A model generated the notes under the pieces. The model had not been told where the DNA came from. It saw only the letters and a program-made list of their open reading frames with translations, and made no database searches. Shown here in pieces: positions 1 to 13,200 of a stretch of DNA of 64,000 bases. Each line of letters opens with the position of its first letter. Position 1 is the stretch's first letter. This DNA comes from the human T2T-CHM13v2.0 reference genome, Homo sapiens. Position numbers and translations under genes: made by a program. Location of the stretch: NCBI RefSeq assembly GCF_009914755.1, contig NC_060940.1. The stretch is one strand, 5' to 3'.

Positions 1-3000
1 GTCCATTCCATTATTCCATTCTATTCCATTTGATGATGATTCCATTCGATTCCATTCATTGGTGATTCCACTCAATTCCATTCAATGATTCCATTCCATT
101 TCTTTCAACAATGATTCCATTAGTTTCTAATCGATGATCCACTTGATTCCATTTGACGACAATTCCATTCTTTTCCATTCGATGATTCCATTTGATTCCA
201 TATGATGATGATTCCATTCGATTCCATACCATGATGATTCCATTCGAGTCCATTCCATGGTGATTCCATTCAATTCCATTCGATGATTCCTTTCGATTCC
301 ATTCGATGATGATGGCATTCGATTCCTTTCAATCATTCCCTTTGATTCCATTCAAAGGTGATTTCATTCAAGTCCATTCGATAATTGCATTCGATTCCAT
401 TCTATGATGATTCCATTCGAGTCCATTTGATGATTCCATTCAATTCAAGTCAATGATGATTCCATTCGATTCCATTCGATGATTCCATTGGATTCCATTC
501 GATGATGATTCCATTCAAATCCATTCGATAATTCAATTCAAGTCCATTCGATGATGATTCCAATCGAATCCATTCAAAGATTCCATTCAGTTCCATTCGA
601 TGATAACCTTAGATTCCATTCGATGATTCCACTTGTTTCCATTTACGATGATTCCATTCGATTCCATGTGATGATTCCATTCAATTCTATTCAATGATGT
701 TTCCATTTGATTCCATTCGACCATGATTGCCTTTGATTCCATTCAATGACTGCATTCGGTTCCTTTTGATGATGATTCCGTTCGATTCCATTTCATTATT
801 CCATTTGATTCCATTGGATGAGTCCATTCGATTACATTCGATGATTATTCCATTCGAGTGCATTAGATGATTCCATTCGAGTCCATTCGATGATTCCATT
901 CGATTCCATTCGATGTTGATTCTGTTCAAATCCATTCGATGATTCCACTCGATTCCATTCGATGACTCCATTTGATCCCATTCGATGATTTCCTTTGATT
1001 CCCTTTGATGATCATTCCATTTGATTCAATTCGGTGATTTCATTTGATTCCATTCAGTGATGTTTCCATTCGACTCCATTCGATGATGATTCCATTCGAC
1101 TCCATTCGATTATGATTTCATTCAATTCCATTCGATAATGATTCCCTTCGAGTCCATTCGATGATTCCATTCGATTCCATTCAACGATGATTTGATTCGT
1201 GTCCATTCGATGATTCCATTTGATTCCACTTGATGATGATTCCATTCGAGTCCATTTGATGATTCCATTCAATTCCATTCTCCGATGATTTCTTTTGAGC
1301 CCACTCAATGCTTCCACTCGATCCCATATGATGATGACTCCATTCGATGAAATTCGATGATGATTCCATTCGCTTGCATTCGATGATGATTCCACTTGAG
1401 TACATTAGAAGATTCTATTCAATTACATTCCATGACGATTCCGTTCGAGTCCATTTGATGATTCCATTAGACTCCATTCGACGATGATTCCATTCGATGT
1501 TATTCGATGATTCCATTCGATCTCATTCGATGATGATTCCATTCAACTCCATTCGATGTTTCCATTCGAGTTCATTCTGTTATTCCATTAGATTCCATTC
1601 GATGATGATTCCATTCGATTCCATTTGATGATTGCATTCTATTTCATTTGATGATGATTCCATTCGAGTCCACTCGATGATTCCATTCGAGTCCATTTAA
1701 TGAATCCATTGGTTTCAATTCTATGATGATTACATTGGATTCCATTCGTTGATGATTTCATTCGGTTCCATTCAATGATGATTCCATTCAATTCCTTTCA
1801 ATGTTTCCATTCAATTCCATACGATGATGATTCCATTTGATTTGATTCGACAGTGAGCCATTCGATTCAATTCCATGATGATTCTATTTGATTCAATTAG
1901 TTGACATTTCCATTCGATTCCATTCCATGATGATTCCATTTGATTCCATTCAAAGATGATTCCATTCTAGCCCATTCAATCATTCCATTCGATTCTATTC
2001 AATGATGATTCCATTCATGTCGATTTGGTGATTCCATTTGACTTCATTTGATGATGATTCCTTTCAAGTTCATTAGATGATTCCATTCGATTCCATTTGA
2101 TGATGATCCCATTCGAGTCCATTCAGTGATTCCACTCGTTTCCATTCCATGATGATTCCATTCCATTCCATTCAATGATTCCATTCGATTCCGTTTGATG
2201 ATGATTTCATTCGAGTCCATTTGATGATTCCATTTGATTCCATTCGATGATGATTCCATTCGAGTCCATTCGATGATTCTATTCGAATCCATTTGATGAT
2301 TTCTTTTGATTAGAGTTGGTGATGATTCCATTGGAGTCCATTCAATGATTCCATTCGATTCCAATCGATGGTGATTCCATTAGAGTCCATTTAATGATTC
2401 CATTTGATTCCAGTCTCTGATGATTACATTCGAGTCCATACGATGATTCCACTCAATTCCATATGATGATGATTCCATTCGATTCCATTCGATGATTCCA
2501 TTCTATTCTATTCAATGGTGATTCCATTCGAGTACATTAGATGATTCCATTCGATTCCATTCAATGATGATTCTATTTGTGTCCCTTAGATGATTCCACA
2601 TGATTCCATTAGATGATGATACTATTTGAGCCCATCCAATGATTCCCTTCGATTCCATTCGATGAGGATTCCATTCGATTCAATTCATTGGTGATTCTAT
2701 TCAATTCAATTCTTTGATTCCATTCCATTCCATTCGACAATGATTCCATTCGATTTCTTTCGATGATTCCACCCGATTCCACTTGACATTGATTCCCTTC
2801 GATTCCATTCAATGATTCCATTTGATTCCAGTGGATGATGATTGCCATCGATTCCATTCGATCACTCCATTCTATTCCATTTGATGATGATTACATTCGA
2901 TTCCATTTGACGATTCCATCTGATTCTATTCGAGGATTCCATTTGATTCCATTCGATGATGATTCCATTCGAGTCCATTCGATGATTTCATTCGAGTACA

Positions 3001-6000
3001 TCCAATGATTCCATTCGAGTCCATTTGATGATTCCCTTTGATTCCATTTGATAATGATTCTACTAGAGTCAATTCAATGACTCCATTCGAGTCCATTCAA
3101 CAATTCCATTCGACTCCATTTGATGATTCCATTCGATTCCATTTGATGATTCCATTCGAGTCCATTTAATCATTACAGTCGAGTCCATTTGGTGATTCCA
3201 CCGGATTTCTTTTGATAATGATACCATTCAATTACATTTGATGATGATCCCATTCAATTTCATTTGATGATGATTCCATTAGAGTCCATTCGATGATTTC
3301 ATTCGAGTCCCTTCATTGATTCCATCCGATTTCATTGGATGATGACTCCATTCGAGTCCATTCGATGATTCCACTCGATTCCATTAGATGATTCCATTGG
3401 AGTCCATTTGATTGTTCCATTCGATTCCATTCGATTCCTTTCGAAGATTATTCCATTTGAGTCCATTCGATGATGATTCCATTCCATTCCATTCGATGAT
3501 TCCGTTTGATTCCATTCGATGATTCCCTTCGATTCCTTTCTTTGATGATTCCATTCCATTCCATTCAATGATTCCATTCGAATCTATTCCATGATGATTC
3601 CTTTCGATTCCATTCGCTGATGTTTCCGTTCAATTCCATTCGATGATGATTCCATTCGATTCCATTCATTGAGGATTCCATTTGATTCCATTAAATGATG
3701 ATTCCGTTCTATTCCATTCAATGATTGCATTCAATTCCATTCAATGATTATCCCCTTAGAGTAAACTCAACGATTCCATTCAATACCATTCGATGATGAT
3801 TCCTTTTGAGTCCATTCAATGATTTCATTCAAGTCCATTTGATGATTCCTTTCAATTCCATTCTATGATGATTCCATTCGAGTCCATTCGATGATTCCAT
3901 TCGATTGCATTCGATGATTCCATTATATTCCAGTCAACGATGATTCCATTCGAGTCCATTCGATGATTCCATTAGAGTACATTTAATGATTGCTTTGTTT
4001 TCAATTCGAAGATGATTACATTGGATTCCATTCTATGATACCATTCGATTCCATTCAATGATGATTCCACTCAAATCCATTGGATGATTCCATTCGTGTC
4101 CATTCGGTGATTTCATTAGATTCCATTCGAGGATGATTCCATTCGATTCCATTCGATGATTCCATTCAATTCCATTCGATGATGATTCCATTCCAGTCCA
4201 TATGATCATTCCATTTGATTTCATTCGATGATGATTCCATTCGATTCCATTCGATGATTCCATTCTATTCCATTCGATGATGATTCCATTCGAGTCCATT
4301 CGATGATTCCATTCGAGTCCATTTAATGATTCCATTGGGTTCAATTCAATGATGATTACATTGGATTCCGTTCTATGATTCCATTCAATTCCGTTCATTG
4401 ACAATTTGATTCCATTCGATGATGATTCCATTTGAGTTCATTCGATGATTCTATTCGATTCTCTTCGATGGTGATTCAATTCTATTATATTGGATGATTC
4501 CATTCGATTCCATTTGATGTTGATTCAATTCGATTCTATTCGATGATGATTCCATTGGATTTCACTTGATGATTCTATTCGATTCCATTCAATGATGATT
4601 CACTTCTCGTCCATTGGATGATTCCATTTCATTCCATTCGATGATGATTCCATTCGATTCCATTCGATGATTCCATTTGATTCCATGCGACGGTGAGCAA
4701 TTCGATTCAATTCCATGATGATTCTATTTGATTCAATTAGATGATGTTTCCATTCGAATCCATTCCATGATTATTCCATTGGAATCCATTTGGCGATGAT
4801 TCCATATGAGTCAATTCAATGATGATTCCATATGGGTCCGTTCGATGATAATTCCATTTGATTTCATTCGATGCTTCTATTCAATTCCAGTCGATGATGA
4901 TTCCGTTGGAGTCCATACGATGATTCCATTTGATTTCATTTGATGATGATTCCATTCGATGATGATTACATTGGATTCCATTCTATGATTCCATTCAATT
5001 CCATTCGTTGATGATTCGATTCCATTCAATGATGATTCCATTTGAGTTCATTCGATGATTCTATTCGATTCCGTTCGATGGTGATTCAATTCTCTTATAT
5101 TGGATGATTCCACTCGATTCCATTTGATGATTATTCCATTGGAGTCCACTTAGTGAATCCTTTAGATTCTACTCGAAGATGATTCCATTCGAGTCCATTC
5201 AATGATACCATTCAATTTCATTCGTTGATGCTTCCATTCAAGTGCATTCGATGATATCATTCGATTCCATTTGATGATAATTCCATTTGATTCCATGCGA
5301 TGATTCTATTCGATTCCATTCAATGATAATTCCATTCAATTCAGTGATTCCTCTGGACTCCATTTGATGATGATTCCATTCAATGATTCCATTCGATTCT
5401 ATTCCAAAATGATTCCATTTGAATCCATTTGATGATGATTCCATTAGATTCCATTTGATGATTCCATTCGATTCCATTTGACGATGATTCCATTCGATTC
5501 CATTTGATGATTCCATTCTATTCTATTCGATGATGATTCCATTCGATTCCATTTGATGATGATTGGATTCGATTCCATTTGATGATTTCATTTGATTCCA
5601 TTCGTTAATGATTTCGATCAACTCCATTCGATGATTCCATTTGATTCCATTCGATAATGATTACATCCGAGTCCATTCGATGATTCCATTTGAGCCCGTT
5701 CGATAATTCCATTTGAGTCCAATCAATGATTCCATTCATTTCCATTCAATGATTCCATTCGAGTCCATTTGATCATTCTGGTAGGGTCCGTTCGATGTTG
5801 ATTCCATTGGAGTGCATTCGATGATTCCATTCGAGTCCATTATATGATTTGATTCGAGTCCTTTCGATGATTCCATTCGATTCCACTCGATGATGATTTC
5901 ATTCGAGTCCATTCGACACTTCCAATCGATTCCATTTGATGTTTCCATTCGAGTCCAATTGATGATTCCATTCAATTCCATTCGATGATGATTCCGTACG

Positions 6001-6128
6001 ATTCCATTCTGTGATGATTCCATGTGATTGCATTCAATGATGATTCCTTTCGACTGCATTCGATTATGATTCATTTCGTGTTCATTCTATGGTTCCACAG
6101 GTTTCCATTCGATGACGTTTCCGTTCGT
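1..6128 (+). repeat. ~6.13-kb higher-order unit, copy 1 (modules A-B-C-D-E-F-G-H-I)
   Basis: gtccattccattattccattctat at 1 recurs at 6129. Landmark ORFs recur at 56->6184 (6128 bp) and 687->6818. Confidence 0.9.
1889..1899 (-). promoter_or_regulatory. Example DUX4-type motif TAATTGAATCA (fits TAAYBBAATCA); many similar sites across the array
   Basis: + strand tgattcaatta occurs at 1889-1899 and 4729-4739. tgattccatta (TAATGGAATCA on minus) occurs at e.g. 112, 1459, 2372, 2601 and 3271. DUX4 binding to HSATII is established in general; occupancy of these particular sites is not shown. Confidence 0.4.
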
Positions 6129-9100
6129 GTCCATTCCATTATTCCATTCTATTTCATTTGATGATGATTCCATTCGATTCCATTCATTGGTGATTCCCCT
6201 CAATTCCATTCAATGATTCCATTCCATTTCTTTCAACAATGATTCCATTAGTTTCTATTCGATGATCCATTTGATTCCATTTGGCGATGATTCCATTCGT
6301 GTCCATTCGATGATTCCATTTGATTCCATATGATGATGATTCCATTCGATTCCATACCATGATGATTCCATTCGAGTCCATTCAATGGTGATTCCATTCA
6401 ATTCCATTCGATGATTCCTTCCGATTCCATTCGATGATGATGGCATTCGATTCCTTTCAATCATTCCCTTTCATTCCATTCAAAGGTGATTTCATTCAAG
6501 TCCATTCGATAATTGCATTCGATTCCATTCTATGATGATTCCATTCGAGTCCATTTGATGATTCCATTCAATTCAAGTCAATGATGATTCCATTCGATTC
6601 CACTCGATGATTCCATTGGATTCCATTCGATGATGATTCCATTCAAATCCATTCGATAATTCAATTCAAGTCCATTCGATGATGATTCCAATCGAATCCA
6701 TTCAAAGATTCCATTCAATTCCATTCGATGATGATTCCCTTAGTTTCCATTCGATGATTCCACTTGATTCCATTTACGATGATTCCATTCGATTCCATGT
6801 GATGAATCCATTCAATTCTATTCAATGATGTTTCCATTTGATTCCATTGGACCATGATTGCCTTTGATTCCATTCAATGATTCCATTCGGTTCCATTTGA
6901 TGATGATTCCGTTCGATTCCATTTCATTATTCCATTTGATTCCATTGGATGAGTCCATTCGATTACATTCGATGATTATTCCATTCGAGTGCATTAGATG
7001 ATTGCATTCGAGTCCATTCGATGATTCCATTCGATTCCATTCGATGTTGATTCTGTTCAAATCCATTCGATGATTCCACTCGATTCCATTCGATGACTCC
7101 ATTTGATCCCATTCGATGATTTCCTGTGATTCCCTTTGATGATCATTCTATTTGATTCAATTCGGTGATTTCATTTCATTCCATTCAGTGATGTTTCCAT
7201 TCGACTGTATTCGATGATGATTCCATTCGACTCCATTCGATTATGATTTCATTCAATTCCATTCAATAATGATTCCCTTCGAGTCCATTCGATGATTCCA
7301 TTCGATTCCATTCAACGATGATTTGATTCGTTTCCATTCGATGATTCCATTTGATTCCACTTGATGATGATTCCATTCGAGTCCATTTGATGATTCCATT
7401 GGAGTCTATTTATGTATTATATTCGTGTCCACTTCATGATTCCATTCAATTCCATTTAATGTTGATTCCATTTGATTCCATTTGATGATTCAGTTCGATT
7501 CCTTGCAATGATTCCCTACGATTCCTTTCTATGATGATTCCATTCGATTCCATTCATTGATGATTTCATTCGACTCCATTCGATGATGATTCCTTTCGAT
7601 TCCATTTGACGATGTTTCCATTCGAGTCCATTTGATGATGATTCTATTCAATTCTGTTGTATTATGATTCCATTCGATTTCATTCAATGCTTCTATTTGA
7701 TTCCATTCGATGATGATTCCATCTCTTTCCCTTCGATGATTCCATTTGATTCCATTCAGTGATGATTCCATTTGATTCCATCTGATGATGATTTCACTTG
7801 ATTCCTTTCAATGATGATTCAATTCAAGTCCATTCGATGATTCCATTGGAGTCCAAACGATCATTCCGTTCGATTCCATTCAATGGTGATTCCATTCATG
7901 TCCATTCGATGAATCCATTCAATTCCATTCGATGATGACTCCATTCGAGTACATTCGATGATTCCATTTGATTCCATTTGAAGATGATTCCATTCAATTC
8001 CATTCGAAGATGATTCCATTCAATTCCATTCGATGATGATTCCGTATGAATCCATTCTCTGATTATTCCATTCGATTCCATTCATTGACGATTCCATTCA
8101 ATTCCATTCAATGATGATTCTCTTCTATTCCATTCGATGATTCCGGTCGATTCCATTCGATGATGATTCCATTAGATTCAATTCGATTGTTGCATTCGAT
8201 TCCCTTCGATGATGATTCCTTTGAATTCCATTCGATTATCATTCCGTATGAATCCATTTGATGATTATTCCATTGGATTCCTTTCGATGATGATTCCATT
8301 CGATTCCATTTGATGATGTTTCTCTTGTATTCCATTGGATAATTCCTTTCAGTTCCCTTCGATGATTATTCTTTCGAGTCAATTCGATGATTCTATTCCA
8401 TTCCCTTCGATGATGATTCCATTTCACTCCATTTGATGATTCCATTCGACTCAATTTGGTGATGATTCAATTCGATGACATTCGATGACTCCATTCAATT
8501 TCATTTGATGATGATTACATTCGAGTCCATTTGATGATTGTATTCCTTTCCTTTTGATGATTATTCCATTCGTGTCTATTCAAAGGTTCCATTCTATTCC
8601 ATTCAATGATGATTGCATTTGATTCCATTCAATGATTATGGCTATGGATTCCACTCGTTGATTCCATTTGATTCCGTTCGATGATTATTCCGTTAGATTC
8701 CATTAGAAGATTCCATTCGATTTTATTCAATGATTCCAATGGATTCCATTCAATGATGATTCCATTCGACACCATTCAGTGATTCCATTCGAGTCCATTT
8801 GATGATTCCATTCTTTTCCATTTGATGATGATTCCATTAGGGTCCATTCAATTATTCCATTCGAGTCCATTCGTTAATGCCTTTCGAGTCCTTTTGATCA
8901 CTACATTCGAGTCCATTCAATGATTCTATTCGATTCCATTCCATGATGATTCCATTCGAGTTCATTCGATGATTGCATTCGAGTCCATTTGATGATTCCA
9001 TATGATTCCCTTCGACAATGATTCCATTCGTGTCCATTTGATGATTCCATTCATTTCCTATCGATGAAGATTCCATTCAAGTGTATTCGATGATTCCATT

Positions 9101-10255
9101 CAAATCCATTCGATGATGATTCCATTCCAGTCCATTCGATCATTCCACTTGATTCCATTTGATGACTATTCCATTCAAATCCATTTGATGATTCCATTCG
9201 ATTCCATTCGATGTTACCATTCGAGTATATACGATGATTCCACTCGATTCCATTTGATGATTATTCCATTGGAGTCCACTTAGTGAATCCTTTAGATTCT
9301 ACTCGAAGATGATTCCATTCGAGTCCATTCGATGATACCATTCAATTCCATTCGTTGATGCTTCCATTCAAGTGCATTCGATGATATCATTCGATTCCAT
9401 TTGATGATAATTCCATTTGATTCCATGCGATGAATCTATTCGATTCCATTCAATGATAATTCCATTCAATTCAGTGATTCCTCTGGACTCCATTTGATGA
9501 TGATTCCATTCAATGATTCCATTCGATTCTATTCGAAAATGATTCCATTTGAATCCATTTGATGATGATTCCATTGGATTCCATTTGATGATTCCATTCG
9601 ATTCCATTCGACGATGATTCCATTCGATTCCTTTTGATGATTCCATTCTATTCTATTCGATGATGATTCCATTCGATTCCATTCGATGATGATTGGATTC
9701 GATTCCATTTGATGATTTCATTTGATTCCATTCGATAATGATTTCCATCAATTCCATTCGATGATTCCATTCGATTCCATTCGATAATGATTACATCCGA
9801 GTCCATTCGATGATTCCATTTGAGCCCGTTCGATAATTCCATTTGAGTCCAATCAATGATTCCATTCATTTCCATTCAATGATTCCATTCGAGTCCATTT
9901 GATCATTCCGGTAGGGTCCGTTCGATGTTGATTCCATTGGAGTGCATTCGATGATTCCATTCGAGTCCATTTTAGGACTTGATTCGAGTCCTTTCGATGA
10001 TTCCATTCGATTCCACTCGATGATTTCATTCGAGTCCATTCGACACTTCCAATCGATTCCATTTGATGTTTCCATTCGATTCCAATTGATGATTCCATTC
10101 AATTCCATTCGATGATGATTCCGTACGATTCCATTCTGTGATGATTCCATGTGATTGCATTCAATGATGATTCCTTTCGATTGCATTCGATTATGATTCA
10201 TTTCGTGTTCATTCTATGGTTCCACAGGTTTCCATTCGATGATGTTTCCATTCGT
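6129..10255 (+). repeat. ~4.13-kb variant unit (A-B-start of C-J-H-I)
   Basis: The A landmark recurs at 6184->10311 (4127 bp) and the H landmark at 5238->9368. Sequence ~7400-9230 (tatgtattatattcgtgtcc ... gagtatatacg) replaces modules C-G. Confidence 0.88.
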
Positions 10256-13200
10256 GTCCATTCCATTATTCCATTCTATTCCATTTGAAGATGATTCCAT
10301 TCGATTCCATTCATTGGTGATTCCACTCAATTCCATTCAATGATTCCATTCCATTTCTTTCAACAATGATTCCATTAGTTTCTATTCGATGATCCACTTG
10401 ATTCCATTTGACGATGATTCCATTCTTGTCCATTCGATGATTCCATTTGATTCCATATGATGATGATTCCATTCGATTCCATACGATGATGATTCCATTC
10501 GAGTCCATTCAATGGTGATTCCATTCAATTCCATTCGATGATTCCTTTCGATTCCATTCAATGATGATGGCATTCGATTCCTTTCGATCATTCCCTTTGA
10601 TTCCATTCAAAGGTGATTTCATTCAAGTCCATTCGATAATTGCATTCGATTCCATTCTATGATGATTCCATTCGAGTCCATTTGATGATTCCATTCAATT
10701 CAAGTCAATGATGATTCCATTCGATTCCACTCGATGATTCCATTGGATTCCATTCGATGATGATTCCATTCAAATCCATTCGATAATTCAATTCAAGTCC
10801 ATTCGATGATGATTCCAATCGAATCCATTCAAAGATTCCACTCAATTCCATTCGATGATGATTCCCTTAGATTTCATTCGATGATTCCACTTGATTCATT
10901 TACGATGATTCCATTCGATTCCATGTGATGATTCCATTCAATTCTATTCAATGATGTTTCCACTTGATTCCATTCGAACATGATTGCCTTTGATTCCATT
11001 CAATGATTCCATACGGTTCCATTTGATAATGATTCCATTCGAGTGCATTAGATGATTCCATTCGAGTCCATTCGATGATTCCATTCGATTCCATTCGATG
11101 TTGATTCTGTTCAAATCCATTCGATGATTCCACTCGATTCCATTCGATGACTCCATTTGATCCCATTCGATGATTTCCTTTGATTCCCTTTGATGATCAT
11201 TCCATTTGATTCAATTCGGTGATTTCATTTGATTCCATTCAGTGATGTTTCCATTCAACTCCTTTCGATGATGATTCCATTCGACTCCATTCGATTATGA
11301 TTTCATTCAATTCCATTCGATAATGATTCCCTTCAAGTCCATTCGATGATTCCATTCGATTCCATTCAACGATGATTTGATTCGTGTCCATTCGATGATT
11401 CCATTTGATTCCATTTGATGATGATTCCATTCGAGTCCCTTTGATGATTCCATTCAATTCCATTCTCCGATGATTTCTTTTGAGCCCATTCAATGCTTCC
11501 ACTCGATTCCATATGATGATGACTCCATTTGATGAAATTCCATGATGATTCCATTCGCTTGCATTCGATGATGATTCCACTTGAGTCCGTTAGAAGATTC
11601 TATTCAATTACATTCCATGACGATTCTGTTCGAGTCCATTTGATGATTCCATTAGACTCCATTCGACGATGATTCCATTCGATGTTATTCGATGATGATT
11701 CCATTCAACTCCATTCGATGTTTCCATTCGAGTTCATTCTATTATTCCATTAGATTCCATTCGATGATGATTCCATTCGATTCCATTTGATGATTGCATT
11801 CTATTTCATTTGATGATGATTCCATTCGAGTCCATTCGATGATTCCATTCGAGTCCATTTAATGAATCCATTGGTTTCAATTCTATGATGATTACATTGG
11901 ATTCCATTCGTTGATTATTTCATTCGATTCCATTCAATGATGATTCCATTCAATTCCATTCAATGATTCCACTCAATTCCATACGATGATGATTCCATTT
12001 GATTTGATTCGACAGTGAGCCATTAGATTCAATTCCATGATGATTCTATTTTATTCAATTGGTTGACATTTCCATTCGATTCCATTCGATGATGATTCCA
12101 TTTGATTCCATTCAAAGATGATTCCACTCTAGCCCATTCAATCATTCCATTCGATTCTATTCAATGATGATTCCATTCATGTCGATTTGGTGATTCCATT
12201 TGACTTCATTTGATAATGATTCCTTTCAAGTTCATTAGATGATTCCATTCGATTCCATTTGATGATGATCCCATTCGAGTCCATTCAGTGATTCCACTCG
12301 TTTCCATTCCATGATGATTCCATTCCATTCCATTCAATGATTCCATTCGATTCCGTTTGATGATGATTTCATTCGAGTCCATTTGACGATTCCATTTGAT
12401 TCCATTCGATGATGATTACATTCGAGTCCATACGATGATTCCACTCAATTCCATATGATGATGATTCCATTCGATTCCATTCGATGATTCCAGTCTATTC
12501 TATTCAATGGTGATTCCATTCGAGTACATTAGATGATTCCATTCGATTCCATTCAATGATGATTCTATTTGTGTCCCTTAGATGGTTCCACATGATTCCA
12601 TTTCATGATGATACTATTTGAGCCCATCCAATGATTCCCTTCGTATCCATTCGATGAGGATTCCATTCGATTCAATTCATTGGTGATTCTATTCAATTCA
12701 ATTCTTTGATTCCATTCCATTCCATTCGACAATGATTCCATTCGATTTCTTTCGATGATTCCACTCGATTCCACTTGACATTGATTCCATTCGATTCCAT
12801 TCAATGATTCCGTTTCATTCCAGTGGATGATGATTGCCATCGATTCCATTCGATCACTCCATTCTATTCCATTTGATGATGATTACATTCGATTCCATTT
12901 GATGATTCCATCTGATTCTATTCGAGGATTCCATTTGATTCCATTCGATGATGATTCCATTCGAGTGCATTCGATGATTTCATTCGAGTACATCCAATGA
13001 TTCCATTCGAGTCTATTTGATGATTCCATTTAATTCCATTTGATTATGATTCTACTAGAGTCCATTCAATGACTCCATTCGAATCCATTCAACAATTCCA
13101 TTCGAGGCCATTCGATGATTCCATTTCATGATTCCATTCGAGTCCATTTAATCATTACAGTCGAGTCCATTTGGTGATTCCACTGGATTTCTTTTGATAA

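Noticed and set aside
5775-5800. Unusual G-rich word ggtagggtccgttcg in module I
   Set aside because: It aligns to the monomer frame as a cluster of substitutions and recurs only as part of the unit. It has too few G-runs for a quadruplex and there is no support for a distinct element.
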